A DNA stretch of 64,000 nt. Origin: Fidelibacterota bacterium (GTDB lineage: Bacteria > Fidelibacterota > Marinisomatia > Marinisomatales > TCS55). Positions 29,062 through 40,101 of the stretch are shown one piece after another (positions within the stretch are counted from its first letter, which is position 1; each line of letters opens with the position of its first letter). The DNA is taken from contig JBHHTW010000005.1 of assembly GCA_046861385.1 (NCBI GenBank), positions 32,001-96,000 on the forward strand. The letters run 5' to 3'. The notes beneath the pieces were generated by a model. It saw nothing but the letters and a program-made list of their open reading frames with translations. It was not told the origin of the DNA and made no database searches. Position numbers and translations under genes: made by a program.

Positions 29062-31329
29062 GTGTTTGATTTAGAAATGATTAATCATGTCTATAAGACC
29101 ATTGTAGATAATAGTTCACTAGCCCGAAACCTAATGGGCAGACCCTTGACACTTTCTGAAAAAATACTTTATTCTCATTTATTTGATAAAAACAGTGGGG
29201 AAAAATATACCCGAGGTAAGTCGTATGTTGAATTTGCTCCGGATCGAGTAGCCATGCAGGACGCAACGGCTCAAATGGCACTTTTACAATTTATGATGGC
29301 CGGCAAGGATAAAGTGGCTGTGCCATCCACAGTTCACTGTGATCATTTAATTCAGGCAAAAGACAACGCTAATCTTGATTTGTCTAATGCCAAAAATATT
29401 AATGGTGAGGTGTATGATTTTCTTGAATCTGTATCCAATAGATACGGAATTGGTTTCTGGAAACCGGGAGCAGGGATTATCCATCAAGTGGTTTTGGAAA
29501 ATTATGCATTCCCTGGCGGACTGATGATCGGGACCGATAGTCATACGGTAAATGCGGGTGGACTCGGTATGATTGCCATAGGTGTCGGCGGTGCTGATGC
29601 AGTGGATGTGATGGCAAATATGCCTTGGGAATTAAAATTTCCGAAAATGATTGGCATTCAATTGACTGGAGAACTGAGCGGGTGGACCTCTGCGAAAGAT
29701 GTAATACTCAAAGTAGCAGGAATTCTTACGGTGAAGGGCGGAACAGGCGCTATCGTTGAATATTTTGGACCAGGCGCTGAAAAATTGTCCTGTACCGGAA
29801 AAGGCACTATTTGCAACATGGGGGCTGAAATTGGTGCAACTACTTCTGTGTTTGCTTACGACAAACAAATGGCAGCGTATTTGCGAGCGACAGGTCGAAG
29901 TGCCGTAGCAGATCTCGCCGATGACATTGCCAATTGTTTACGGGCCGACGATGAAGTTTATGAGAATCCAGAGAAATATTATGATCAGATAATTGAAATA
30001 AATTTATCTGAGCTGGAACCCCATTTAAATGGTCCATTTACACCGGATCGCGCAACGCCTATTTCTGAAATGTCGAAGGCAGCCGCAGAAAATGGGTGGC
30101 CTACCAAAGTCGATGTAGGTTTAATTGGTTCCTGCACTAATTCATCTTATGAAGATATATCACGAGCAGCTTATATTGCAAAGCAGGCTGTTCAAATGGG
30201 ATTGAATACGAAAGCTGATTTTACAATTACTCCCGGATCGGAACAAGTAAGGTATACAATTGAAAGAGATGGTTTTATTCAAATATTTAACGAATTAGGT
30301 GCCCAGGTGTTTGCCAATGCATGCGGACCATGTATCGGTCAATGGGCTCGCCCGGGATCGGAGCAAAAAGAAAAAAATACAATTGTCCATTCATTTAATC
30401 GAAATTTTTCGAAAAGAGCCGATGGAAATCCTAATACACATGCATTTGTGGCATCTCCCGAGCTGGTAACCGCACTTGCGATTGCAGGCGATCTGACATT
30501 CAATCCATTAACAGACTCTCTCATCAATGAAAATGGAGAGTCTGTTATGTTGGAAATTCCCAAAGGTGATCAATTGCCTTCAAAAGGATTTGACGTAGAA
30601 GATTTAGGTTATCAAGAGCCATCGATTGATGGTTCCGGAAGTGAAATAACTGTTAATCCGGATTCGGAGCGATTGCAATTATTAACTCCATTCGAGCCAT
30701 GGGATGGACAAAATATCACTGGAATGAAACTGCTGATAAAAGCGAAGGGTAAATGTACAACAGATCATATCTCAATGGCTGGACCCTGGCTGAAATTCAG
30801 AGGTCATTTAGACAATATTTCAAATAATTTTCTGACTGGGGCCGAGAATTATTTTAATGAAAAAACGAATTGTGTAATAAACCAACTAACAGGAGAATAT
30901 GGCTCTGTTCCGGATGTACAAAGAGCTTATAATTCTGCCAATATTCCAACGATTGTCGTTGGGGATGAAAATTTTGGTGAAGGCTCATCACGAGAGCATG
31001 CTGCAATGGAACCAAGGCATTTGGGCGTCAGGGTCGTTTTGGTCCGTTCTTTTGCTCGAATCCACGAGACCAATTTGAAAAAGCAGGGGATGTTAGCCTT
31101 AACATTCGCAGATAAATCGGATTATGATAAAATTCAGGAAAACGACATTATGGACTTTATTGATCTGGACGAATTCACTCCAAATAAACCACTGACTTTA
31201 AGGGTTGTACATAAGGGAAATACTGATGATACAATTATGTGCAATCATAGTTATAATCATACACAAATTAGTTGGTACAAGGCCGGATCCGCTCTCAATT
31301 TAGTTCGAAGCCAATTAAAGGAAATATAA
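29062..31329 (+). CDS. Aconitate hydratase (mitochondrial-type)
   Basis: [52 protein letters not shown]. Confidence 0.96.
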   Translation: MFDLEMINHVYKTIVDNSSLARNLMGRPLTLSEKILYSHLFDKNSGEKYTRGKSYVEFAPDRVAMQDATAQMALLQFMMAGKDKVAVPSTVHCDHLIQAKDNANLDLSNAKNINGEVYDFLESVSNRYGIGFWKPGAGIIHQVVLENYAFPGGLMIGTDSHTVNAGGLGMIAIGVGGADAVDVMANMPWELKFPKMIGIQLTGELSGWTSAKDVILKVAGILTVKGGTGAIVEYFGPGAEKLSCTGKGTICNMGAEIGATTSVFAYDKQMAAYLRATGRSAVADLADDIANCLRADDEVYENPEKYYDQIIEINLSELEPHLNGPFTPDRATPISEMSKAAAENGWPTKVDVGLIGSCTNSSYEDISRAAYIAKQAVQMGLNTKADFTITPGSEQVRYTIERDGFIQIFNELGAQVFANACGPCIGQWARPGSEQKEKNTIVHSFNRNFSKRADGNPNTHAFVASPELVTALAIAGDLTFNPLTDSLINENGESVMLEIPKGDQLPSKGFDVEDLGYQEPSIDGSGSEITVNPDSERLQLLTPFEPWDGQNITGMKLLIKAKGKCTTDHISMAGPWLKFRGHLDNISNNFLTGAENYFNEKTNCVINQLTGEYGSVPDVQRAYNSANIPTIVVGDENFGEGSSREHAAMEPRHLGVRVVLVRSFARIHETNLKKQGMLALTFADKSDYDKIQENDIMDFIDLDEFTPNKPLTLRVVHKGNTDDTIMCNHSYNHTQISWYKAGSALNLVRSQLKEI

Positions 31330-32906
31330 TGACAAAAATACTTGTTTCTGACCCGGTTACAGATGCCGGAATGGCCATTCTGCAAGATGCAGGATTTGAA
31401 GTAAAATATTTACCTGACTCGCCTCCCGAAGATAAAGCAGAAGCATGTAAAGATGTTGCTGGTTGGGTCGTACGCAGCGGAACAAAAGTAACTGCTGAAA
31501 TGATAGAGTCAGCCAATCAGTTACGAGTTATTGGCCGGGCAGGTGTTGGTGTAGATAACATTGATATTCCCAAGGCCACGAGGAGAGGAATCCTGGTCAT
31601 GAACACGCCCAATGCAAGCACATATTCTGCTGCAGAGCATACGATGGCGATGATGTTGGCTCTTTCCAGAAATATACCCAAGGGTCATGGCGGTATTATG
31701 GATGGAAAATGGAATAGAAATGCGTTGGTTGGAACCGAATTACGGAATAAAACGTTGGGAGTTGTCGGTCTTGGAAAAATTGGTCGGGAGGTGATAAAGC
31801 GATGCCGTGCGTTTGATATGAATATTCTTGGTTTCGACCCTTATGTAAGTCAAGAAATGTTTACTGAGGAAGAAATTAAAATAGTAGATCTGGATAAACT
31901 AACACAAGTATCAGATTATATCACTGTTCATGTCCCATTGACAGATTCCACGCGGAGTCTATTTGATTATGAACGTCTATGCATCATGAAACCAACTGCA
32001 CGGATTATCAATGTTGCCAGGGGGGGAGTGATTGATGAAGTTGGACTTGCTCAAGCCCTGAATGAGGGAAAAATAGCTGGAGCAGCTATCGATGTCTTCT
32101 CATCAGAGCCGGTAGATAAATCCAATCCATTGCTCCGTGCAAAAAATATCGTTTTAACCCCTCACCTTGGCGCATCAACCAAAGAAGCTAAAGAAGGGGT
32201 TAGCCAAGCCGTTTGTGAACAGGTTCGTGATTATTTGCTCAAAGATAAGCCAATCAATGCTATAAATATGCCAATATCAAACTTGGCAAAACTAAAAGAA
32301 ATTCAGCCTCATTTAGATTTGGCTGAAATAATAGGAAAACTGCAGAGTCAGCTTGGATCCAATGAAGTAAAAAAAATATATATTGAATGTGCCGGAAAGA
32401 TGGATAAGGCAAAACCAACAGCTCTTGCATTTTTAAAGGGCTTTTTGGCAGACCGTGTTCAAGAAAATGTGAACTATATTAATGTCGAAACACTTGCTGG
32501 TAATCTTGGAATCAACATTGAATACAGTGTATCCACGGATAATGGAAACTACTCTAACGCTATAAAAACACTGGTAACTGATGAAAATCTGTCACATGAA
32601 ATTAATGGGAGTGTTTTTGAAGGAAATCAATTGAGATTAGTAAACATTTTGGGTTTTGAAATGGATATTATTCCATTCGGCACTATGTTATTTATCCGGA
32701 ATAAAGATTACCCCGGAGTCATCGGAAAAGTTGGAGCAACTTTAGGAGATGCAAACGTTAATATTGGTGCTTATTTGTTAAATAGGTCGTCGGAAAATGG
32801 TGAAGCGTTTGCAGTAATTCGAGTAGACAATCCTGTATCAAATAAAACCATTGAAAAACTTTTTGAATTTCCTGAAATCATATCGCTCCATCAAATCATT
32901 TGCTAA
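31329..32906 (+). CDS. serA: D-3-phosphoglycerate dehydrogenase with ASB and ACT domains
   Basis: GRAGVGVDNID, GLGKIG, INVARGG, TPHLGAST, C-terminal ACT (NKDYPGVIG); ATG at 31329 overlaps the aconitase stop. Confidence 0.95.
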   Translation: MTKILVSDPVTDAGMAILQDAGFEVKYLPDSPPEDKAEACKDVAGWVVRSGTKVTAEMIESANQLRVIGRAGVGVDNIDIPKATRRGILVMNTPNASTYSAAEHTMAMMLALSRNIPKGHGGIMDGKWNRNALVGTELRNKTLGVVGLGKIGREVIKRCRAFDMNILGFDPYVSQEMFTEEEIKIVDLDKLTQVSDYITVHVPLTDSTRSLFDYERLCIMKPTARIINVARGGVIDEVGLAQALNEGKIAGAAIDVFSSEPVDKSNPLLRAKNIVLTPHLGASTKEAKEGVSQAVCEQVRDYLLKDKPINAINMPISNLAKLKEIQPHLDLAEIIGKLQSQLGSNEVKKIYIECAGKMDKAKPTALAFLKGFLADRVQENVNYINVETLAGNLGINIEYSVSTDNGNYSNAIKTLVTDENLSHEINGSVFEGNQLRLVNILGFEMDIIPFGTMLFIRNKDYPGVIGKVGATLGDANVNIGAYLLNRSSENGEAFAVIRVDNPVSNKTIEKLFEFPEIISLHQIIC

Positions 32907-33985
32907 TATTGTTATCTTCGAGACAATCTGAACCACTTAATCCAATAAAAATCTCCGGAGCCGGCATCGCTGGTATGACGGCCGCTATTAATCTTAAAAA
33001 AGCGGGTAAAAATGTGGTTATCTTTGAGAAATATCCAGCAATTGGTTTAAGCAGGGATGGAGATTATGAAGGTTTGGAGAATTGGATTTTTGAAGAAAAT
33101 TTACATTCATTTTTTATTAATCATGGTTTCTTATTCGATTCAATCAAAACCCATCCCATATTTAATTTTACTGTTCACTTTGATGGTGTAGAGCCGTTTA
33201 ATGTGCATTCGGCTATTCCTTTTTTTTATTTAGTTAAGCGGGGGTCGGAGCGCGATTGTATTGACATGCAGCTTTATGAACAATGTGTTTCAACTGGTGT
33301 AGAATTTGAGTTTGGGAATAATGCACCGGATAAAATTACCATTGATGCTTCCGGTACAAAGAAAGCAGCAGGATTAATCCAGGGAATGAATTATAAAACA
33401 GACCTAAAAGATCAAATTCATTTGTTATTCGGACAAGAGTATGCACCAAAAGGGTATGCATATTTAATCGTTTTGGATGGGAAAGCTACTCTGGCGACAG
33501 CATTTAAGAAAAATAAAGATATATTAACAAATCCTTTGCAAAAATCAATCGACTATTTTAATCAAAAGGGGTTTATGATTCCGAAAGGCAGTGCATTTGG
33601 TAGTCGGGGGAGTTTTGATATTCCTTTGATGAAAGCATTAAAGCATCCTTACAGAATTGGAGAAGCAGGTGGGTATCAGGATTATTTGTTTGGTTTTGGA
33701 ATGCGTATGGCGATGACATCAGGATTGGCAATAGCAAAACACTTATCGGGAGAATCAGATGAGGCGAAAAGATTACTAAAATTATTAAACAGGAAATGTA
33801 AAATTTCTTTTGTAAATAGAATAATCTATGAACGTATAACAGATCATCAAAAGTTAAAAATAGCAAAATCAATGGCAGTTTCAGATCGACCATTAAATAT
33901 ATTATCCAGGAGTTATCAATGGAACTTTAATAAAATGAAACGTTGGATAACAATGAAAGCTCAATATGAAATTCGCCCTGTTTAG
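32900..33985 (+). CDS. FAD-dependent oxidoreductase, geranylgeranyl-reductase-like
   Basis: Rossmann GAGIAG, IDASG, IGEAGG...GFGMRMAMTSG. Confidence 0.75.
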   Translation: MLILLSSRQSEPLNPIKISGAGIAGMTAAINLKKAGKNVVIFEKYPAIGLSRDGDYEGLENWIFEENLHSFFINHGFLFDSIKTHPIFNFTVHFDGVEPFNVHSAIPFFYLVKRGSERDCIDMQLYEQCVSTGVEFEFGNNAPDKITIDASGTKKAAGLIQGMNYKTDLKDQIHLLFGQEYAPKGYAYLIVLDGKATLATAFKKNKDILTNPLQKSIDYFNQKGFMIPKGSAFGSRGSFDIPLMKALKHPYRIGEAGGYQDYLFGFGMRMAMTSGLAIAKHLSGESDEAKRLLKLLNRKCKISFVNRIIYERITDHQKLKIAKSMAVSDRPLNILSRSYQWNFNKMKRWITMKAQYEIRPV

Positions 33986-34133
33986 AAGTTTACAAGTTTT
34001 CGCCATGCTTTTAATATTATCCGGACTGTACGTTGGTATCAGGGATAATAATGTTTTCATTGAGTTGAATGCTTTGGTGATTGGAGCCGGGATTTTTTAT
34101 GGAGTAAATATGATCATTAAAAGAAGCAATTAA
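33966..34133 (+). CDS. Small membrane protein (55 aa, 2 hydrophobic segments), not in ORF track
   Basis: MKFALFRSLQVFAMLLILSGLYVGIRDNNVFIELNALVIGAGIFYGVNMIIKRSN*; overlaps the upstream stop and fills the gap. Confidence 0.6.
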   Translation: MKFALFRSLQVFAMLLILSGLYVGIRDNNVFIELNALVIGAGIFYGVNMIIKRSN

Positions 34134-34188
34134 TTGATTAACTTTATACACAATTATGAATGAATATTTTTATAAATAGAGGTTATTT

Positions 34189-34650
34189 ATGACACAAATA
34201 TGGGATGATTTAAAGAAAAATATGAAGGAATGGAGTTCTGTTGCTGTTGAAAAAGCAGAGGAGGTCAGCAAGATTGCTGTAGCAAAAACAGAAGAGCTCA
34301 CTAAAATCAGTAAAATCAAAATTGAAATACACCAGCTGCAGCGAGATAAGGCAAAAACCTTCGAGAATCTTGGCCGTCTGGTGGCTTACCATGCCAAAGA
34401 AGAAAACGTAGTCAATTTTACAGGGAATAAAGAATTTTACGGTTCCTTACAAAAATTAGAAGAAATTCAAGAAAAAATCAGTAGAAAAGAGAAAGAAATC
34501 GAGAAGGTTAAAGAAATATTAGATATTGAAGAAGAAGTCATAGACGCAATATCAACTGAAACCGAAAAAGAAGAAACCAGTATGGAAAATAATGGATCTG
34601 ATCAAGAACTGGATGAAGCAACGCCTGAGTCAGACTCCGAAAAGAATTGA
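34189..34650 (+). CDS. Hypothetical coiled-coil protein with acidic tail
   Basis: RBS GAGG, 153 aa, helical and charged composition. Confidence 0.8.
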   Translation: MTQIWDDLKKNMKEWSSVAVEKAEEVSKIAVAKTEELTKISKIKIEIHQLQRDKAKTFENLGRLVAYHAKEENVVNFTGNKEFYGSLQKLEEIQEKISRKEKEIEKVKEILDIEEEVIDAISTETEKEETSMENNGSDQELDEATPESDSEKN

Positions 34651-35486
34651 TAAAATCCTCTTTTTCTAAAGGGCGTAAAGCCCTTGAGCTTTATTTAAAC
34701 GAAATAAAAAAACTTGAACCTCTTACCCCCGAAGAGGAAGTCCAATATGCTAGACGCGCCCGGAATGGTGATAATGTAGCCTTCCAACAATTGGTGACAC
34801 ATAATTTGCGATTTGTTGTCGCAATGGCAAAGAAATTCCAAGGGCAGGGTGTTCCTTTTGAAGATCTGATTAATGAGGGAAACCTAGGTCTGATAAAAGC
34901 AGTAAATAAGTTTGATGAGACTCGAGGATTTAAATTTATTTCTTACGCTGTATGGTGGATCACCCAACATATTCGAAACGCGATTCAAAAAACTGGGCGT
35001 ACGATCAGACTTCCGGCGCATGTCACTGAGTCTATGGGGAAAATGTATCGTGCTTCCCTGGAATTAGAGCAGGAAATCGAACGTGAGCCATCAATGGAAG
35101 AACTCGCTGAAATATCTGATACCACTGTCAAATGGATTGAAAATCTTGTGAAAGCTTATAGTAGTTCAATTTCGCTGGAGGATAATAGTAGCATAAACAA
35201 ACCATTAATTGAATATCTGATTTCAAATGATTCCCGCCCCGAAATGCAACTCATGAAAGAATCACTAAAGAAGGAAATATTAAATATGATGAGTTTACTC
35301 AGAAAAAGAGATGCATATATATTAACAGAATATTATGGACTTGGAGATAATGAACCCAAAACCCTGGAACAGATAGGACAGAGTTTGAATTTATCCAGTG
35401 AACGGATTCGGCAGATAAAGGAAAGAACATTGCAGCATTTGCGAAAATCTACACAGTCACATCTGCTAAAATTGTACTTAGGTTAA
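34647..35486 (+). CDS. RNA polymerase sigma-70 factor, RpoD/SigA family (short form)
   Basis: NLRFVV, DLINEGNLGLIKA, RGFKFISYAVWWI, TLEQIG...SERIRQI. Confidence 0.93.
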   Translation: MIKSSFSKGRKALELYLNEIKKLEPLTPEEEVQYARRARNGDNVAFQQLVTHNLRFVVAMAKKFQGQGVPFEDLINEGNLGLIKAVNKFDETRGFKFISYAVWWITQHIRNAIQKTGRTIRLPAHVTESMGKMYRASLELEQEIEREPSMEELAEISDTTVKWIENLVKAYSSSISLEDNSSINKPLIEYLISNDSRPEMQLMKESLKKEILNMMSLLRKRDAYILTEYYGLGDNEPKTLEQIGQSLNLSSERIRQIKERTLQHLRKSTQSHLLKLYLG

Positions 35487-35545
35487 TATTTGGTTTTATA
35501 GGTTCAAACTCTTAAAATCATCGTACTAAAAGAGTACTATTATAC

Positions 35546-36472
35546 GTGTTTGGTTCGAAAAGGAAAAGTCAAAAACATTATATCATTATTTCCGCCGATG
35601 ACAAAGGAATGCATCAACGGAACGTTACCCGTCGCCGTGTTTTTACACTGTTAGCACTTGCCGTCGTGTTGTTATCAGGCATTTTTTTTATTAGTACCGA
35701 TGCGTTGACGGATATTTTGTATAAATCCAAAATTGAAAAAATTAAGCTGCATTATTTTACATTATCCACAACGTTAGTGGACTTACAAAACAAGATGGAA
35801 AATATATCATCCACGATGGAAACTATTGAGGAAAAGGATAAAGCCATTCGTGCATATGCCGATTTACCAATAGTAGATCATGATATAAATAAGCTGGGTA
35901 TCGGAGGAGTAAGACTTGCTGATAACATTAGCGATAAGAGCGAATTCACCGATAGATTAAAATCTTTGGAAATGGACGTAGATGCCCTTACCAGAAAAGT
36001 AAAATTAGAATTACACAGTTATTCTGATATATATGATAAAGTCACCGGTAATGTTGATGTTATTCACTCAATACCTTCCATTCGTCCAGTTAGAAATGGG
36101 TATTTAAACTCTAGCTTCGGATACCGTAAAGATCCAATGAATGGAAAGGTTCGCTTTCACTATGGCCAGGATATCACGGTGAATACAGGTGAAACAGTAT
36201 TCGCTCCTGCCGATGGAATCATTAAAGAAGCTCGTTATAAAGGTGGTTATGGCAAAGTAATCAAAATTGATCACGGATATGGCTACACTACGCTTTATGC
36301 CCACCTTTCGAAAATAAATGTAAAAAAGGGTCAAAAAATAAAGCGGGGTTCAATCCTTGGTTATTCGGGTAATACCGGACGATCAACCGCTCCCCATTTA
36401 CACTATGAAGTCCACCGCAACGGCACACCGCAAAACCCCCTGGATTATTTTTTCAGTGGGTATCTTAAATAA
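35546..36472 (+). CDS. M23 family metallopeptidase
   Basis: TM plus coiled coil; HYGQD (HxxxD), YAHL, STAPHLHYEV. Confidence 0.92.
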   Translation: MFGSKRKSQKHYIIISADDKGMHQRNVTRRRVFTLLALAVVLLSGIFFISTDALTDILYKSKIEKIKLHYFTLSTTLVDLQNKMENISSTMETIEEKDKAIRAYADLPIVDHDINKLGIGGVRLADNISDKSEFTDRLKSLEMDVDALTRKVKLELHSYSDIYDKVTGNVDVIHSIPSIRPVRNGYLNSSFGYRKDPMNGKVRFHYGQDITVNTGETVFAPADGIIKEARYKGGYGKVIKIDHGYGYTTLYAHLSKINVKKGQKIKRGSILGYSGNTGRSTAPHLHYEVHRNGTPQNPLDYFFSGYLK

Positions 36473-36507
36473 ACTGATTTTTCAGTTCCTTTCAGATATA
36501 ATCACGA

Positions 36508-37836
36508 ATGCTTAAAACCTATTTCATAGAGACCTATGGGTGTCAGATGAATGTTTCTGATTCTGAGTTGGTTGAGGGTTTATTGCAAAAAGAAGGCTTT
36601 ATTCAATCAGAAAAACTGAATGATGCTGATGCCATTTTTGTCAATACGTGTGCGATAAGAGATCATGCAGAAGAAAAAGTTCATTCACAGCTTGGTCGGT
36701 ATCACCGAATAAAAAAACAAAAACCGGAAACAATCATAGGGGTGTTAGGATGCATGGCTCAGCATTTAAAAAATGATATTCTTGAAAATAAACCATATGT
36801 CGATATCGTTCTTGGTCCTGACTCCTATAGAAAATTACCCGGAATCCTTAAGAATAGGATTAATACAAAAAATAATATCGTGGATACAAAATTATCTAAG
36901 TATGAAGTATATGATGGTTTATTCCCCAGCCGGAATGAAGGGATCAATGCTTGGATTTCCATTATGCGGGGATGTGATAAATTTTGCACATTTTGTATCG
37001 TACCGTTTACCCGGGGTCGTGAACGGAGCAGAAGCGTTGAAAGTATTGTCAGTGAGGTAAAACAAGCAATTGACGAAGGGTTTGTTGAAATAACACTCCT
37101 GGGCCAAAACGTTAATTCCTATATTTCTGAGAATATTAGATTCCCACAACTGCTTGAATGTATTGCATCAATCGATGGTGTAAAAAGAATCCGATATACC
37201 TCACCCCATCCTCAAGATATTACTGAAGAATTGTTGAATGTTATGGCCGCTCATGAGAATATTTGTCATTATGTTCATTTACCTCTACAGGCTGGGAATA
37301 ATCGAATTCTCAAACGAATGAACCGAACTTATTCAAAAGAGCATTTTATTGATCTCACTCAATTAATACGGAAAAAACTACCCAATACAGGAATCAGTAC
37401 AGATATAATCGTTGGTTTCCCCGGAGAAACCAACGTAGAATTTGAAGAAACACTCGAAGTGATGGAAAAAGTAAAATTCGATTCAGCATTTACATTTAAA
37501 TATTCTCCACGACCGGGAACCAAAGCAGCTGAATACAGTGATTTCTTACCAGAAGATATAAAACAAACGAGATTAGAAAAAGTAATTGAATTACAAAAAA
37601 AACATACACTTCTACGCAATTTAGATTTCGTGAGAAATGTGGAGACTGTTTTAGTTGAAAAAGAAAGTAAACTGTCTTCAAAGGAATGGGCAGGACGTAC
37701 TGATTCTAATAAATGGGTTATTTTTCAAAAAGGCGATGCAAAAATAAAAGACTTCGTTCCGGTATTGATTACAGCAGCAAAAGGCATTAGTTTACATGGA
37801 GAATTAATTCACAATGACAAAGATATAAATACATGA
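36508..37836 (+). CDS. miaB: tRNA-2-methylthio-N6-dimethylallyladenosine synthase
   Basis: TYGCQMN, NTCAIR, GCMAQ, radical SAM GCDKFCTFC, TRAM domain. Confidence 0.96.
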   Translation: MLKTYFIETYGCQMNVSDSELVEGLLQKEGFIQSEKLNDADAIFVNTCAIRDHAEEKVHSQLGRYHRIKKQKPETIIGVLGCMAQHLKNDILENKPYVDIVLGPDSYRKLPGILKNRINTKNNIVDTKLSKYEVYDGLFPSRNEGINAWISIMRGCDKFCTFCIVPFTRGRERSRSVESIVSEVKQAIDEGFVEITLLGQNVNSYISENIRFPQLLECIASIDGVKRIRYTSPHPQDITEELLNVMAAHENICHYVHLPLQAGNNRILKRMNRTYSKEHFIDLTQLIRKKLPNTGISTDIIVGFPGETNVEFEETLEVMEKVKFDSAFTFKYSPRPGTKAAEYSDFLPEDIKQTRLEKVIELQKKHTLLRNLDFVRNVETVLVEKESKLSSKEWAGRTDSNKWVIFQKGDAKIKDFVPVLITAAKGISLHGELIHNDKDINT

Positions 37837-38150
37837 AGCTATTAAAAATATTCATTGCATTTGCTTTATTGATATTGGTGCTCCTATTTTTATTGCAAAA
37901 TACTGAAGTTGTCAATATTGATTTAATATTTTCAAAATTTGAAAATGTTAAAGTAGCATTTATTATGGTCGGAGCCTTGTCAATCGGATTTTTAATCGGT
38001 TATGGAGTAGCTGTGGCGAGCATCTTGACAAATAAAGCAGATATTCGCTCACTGAGAACTAAAAATCGCAAATTATCCGATGAATTGAACGATTTGCGAA
38101 ATGTGGCTATTGATGAAGGGATCTACGATTTAGATGACGGAGAAGATTAG
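37833..38150 (+). CDS. lapA: LapA (lipopolysaccharide assembly protein A) family
   Basis: Two TMs with QN motif then coiled coil; precedes a TPR protein. Confidence 0.75.
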   Translation: MKLLKIFIAFALLILVLLFLLQNTEVVNIDLIFSKFENVKVAFIMVGALSIGFLIGYGVAVASILTNKADIRSLRTKNRKLSDELNDLRNVAIDEGIYDLDDGED

Positions 38151-38152
38151 AT

Positions 38153-39205
38153 TTGAATACATTTCTCCTTATTTTTATTATCGCCTTGGCAGTTGCAGGG
38201 ACTGCAGCTGCTATTTTTTACCGCCCCAAAAAACCACGTAAATTTGAATCAATTTATACAGATGCGCTGAATGCCATTGTCCATGGTGATACAAAAACGG
38301 CACTGAAGCTTCTCAGTGAAGTCGTAAAGAAAGATACCAATCACATCAACGCTTACCTCCAAATGGGGGAGATTCTTCGTGCGGAAGGGAACCCCCATCA
38401 AGCGGTAAAAATCCATCAATCACTCACGGTGCGTCCTAACTTGGATGACCAGCTTCAGATAGATATCCATCGATCTCTGGCTTTGGATTATCAACAAGTG
38501 AATCATTTTACGAAATCGAAAAATGAAGCAAAGATTATTCTTAAAATTGATAAGAAAAATATTTGGGCGTTAGAATTTTTATTGAATCTCGCAGAAGAGG
38601 AACATGATTGGGTCGAGGCAGCATCCCTGGCAAAAGAAATTCAAAGAATTACGCAGAAAAAAGATCCAACCAGTCTGGCAAAATTCCAGATGTTCGAAGG
38701 GCTGGATCAATTGGAAAAAAAAGAACGGGATCGTGCGAAAAAGTGTTTTATTAAGGCAATTGAAATTGATAATAATTATGGGCGGGCTCACGAATGTTTG
38801 GGAGATTTTTATTCTGAGGATCGCGATTTAATCAAAGCACTGGATCATTGGGAGAAATTTGCCCATTTAGACCTTGAAAATGCTTCTAATGTATTTTCCA
38901 AAATGGAAACAGCGTTATATGATTTAGGCAGGTATGGTGAAGTTGAAAAATTTTATAAAAGATTATTAGCTGAGGATCCAGGTCATTTGGACGCTCTTGC
39001 AAGGATGGCAAATGTACTTGAAGAAAAGGGGGAAAGACAGCAAGCCTTGGATTTATTGGAAACAGCGCTGAAGCAATTTGAGAATTCTGTACACACACGG
39101 CTCATGAAATTAAAATTAAGTTTGACCGATTCTCCCCCTCATGAATTATCGAGACAGATTGATAAAATTATTGATATTATAACGGAACATAAAAACGGAT
39201 CATAA
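38153..39205 (+). CDS. lapB: LapB/YciM-like TPR protein
   Basis: N-terminal TM, TPRs, AVKIHQSL..RP motif; no C-terminal CxxC rubredoxin. Confidence 0.7.
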   Translation: MNTFLLIFIIALAVAGTAAAIFYRPKKPRKFESIYTDALNAIVHGDTKTALKLLSEVVKKDTNHINAYLQMGEILRAEGNPHQAVKIHQSLTVRPNLDDQLQIDIHRSLALDYQQVNHFTKSKNEAKIILKIDKKNIWALEFLLNLAEEEHDWVEAASLAKEIQRITQKKDPTSLAKFQMFEGLDQLEKKERDRAKKCFIKAIEIDNNYGRAHECLGDFYSEDRDLIKALDHWEKFAHLDLENASNVFSKMETALYDLGRYGEVEKFYKRLLAEDPGHLDALARMANVLEEKGERQQALDLLETALKQFENSVHTRLMKLKLSLTDSPPHELSRQIDKIIDIITEHKNGS

Positions 39206-39210
39206 TTTGT

Positions 39211-40002
39211 ATGAAACTCTTTTGGTTTTTTTTTCTTTTTAGTTCTTTCACCATTGGGCAATCATTTGAGCCTTATTTTCAATTATTGGAAGATGGGAAT
39301 ATTAAAGCCGTTAAAGATCAACTCCCTGAATTAAAGTCAAAATATCCATACAATCCTACTCTGACTTATTTGCAGTTATTGATGAGTGACGATGGAGATT
39401 CAACAGTGGATCGTTTTAAATATTTTCTCAAACAGTATCCGGACAGTGAATATGCAGACGGCGCTGAAATGAAAATTGGTGAATACCTCTATTCTCGTGG
39501 ATTGTATGAACAATCCGGTCGACAGTTTAAAAAAATACCATTAATGTATCCAAAAAGCGAGCATATCCAGCGGGCAGTTGATCTGATGGTATTAAGTTTT
39601 AATGCCACAGGAGAATCAGACAGTGTACAATATTATCTCGCTAAGTATAAATGGAAATTTCCCCAATTAGAGGTGAAACAATACAATGTTAATTTGGAAA
39701 AAGCGGAATTAAAACAGGATAATCAATTCGATAAAAAAACGAAAACAGACGTAATAAATCCAGGCTCTCATCCTTGGGTAGTTCAATTAGGTGCTTTTGG
39801 AAAGTATTCTAATGCCAAAAGATTAAAGAACATCGTATCAGGGCTGGAATACCCCATTGAAATAGTTGAGGTGATGTCCAATGGGAAAAGATTACACGCA
39901 GTCAGGGTCGTTCGGTTTAAAACCAGGGAGGAAGCAGAACGTATCGGACGAGAAGTCAAAACGAAATACGGTGTAAATTTCAGGGTTCTTAAACGATCTT
40001 AA
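39211..40002 (+). CDS. Exported TPR/BamD-like + SPOR domain protein
   Basis: Signal peptide, YPDSEYA/YPKSEH repeats, C-terminal WVVQLGAF...RVVRFKTREEA. Confidence 0.85.
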   Translation: MKLFWFFFLFSSFTIGQSFEPYFQLLEDGNIKAVKDQLPELKSKYPYNPTLTYLQLLMSDDGDSTVDRFKYFLKQYPDSEYADGAEMKIGEYLYSRGLYEQSGRQFKKIPLMYPKSEHIQRAVDLMVLSFNATGESDSVQYYLAKYKWKFPQLEVKQYNVNLEKAELKQDNQFDKKTKTDVINPGSHPWVVQLGAFGKYSNAKRLKNIVSGLEYPIEIVEVMSNGKRLHAVRVVRFKTREEAERIGREVKTKYGVNFRVLKRS

Positions 40003-40008
40003 CACATT

Positions 40009-40101
40009 GGGAATGATTACGAGGCTGGTGTCCGTCGCGGTCTTCAAAACCGTTGTCCCCGCCATAAACGGGGAGCTGGGTTCGATTCCCAGGCGTTCCC
40101 G
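40009..40101 (+). tRNA. selC: tRNA-Sec (anticodon UCA)
   Basis: Acceptor GGGAATGA/GCGTTCCC, 4-nt TGGT D-loop, anticodon arm GCGGT-CTTCAAA-ACCGT, long variable arm TCCCCG/CGGGGA, T-arm CTGGG-TTCGATT-CCCAG, G discriminator. Confidence 0.93.
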
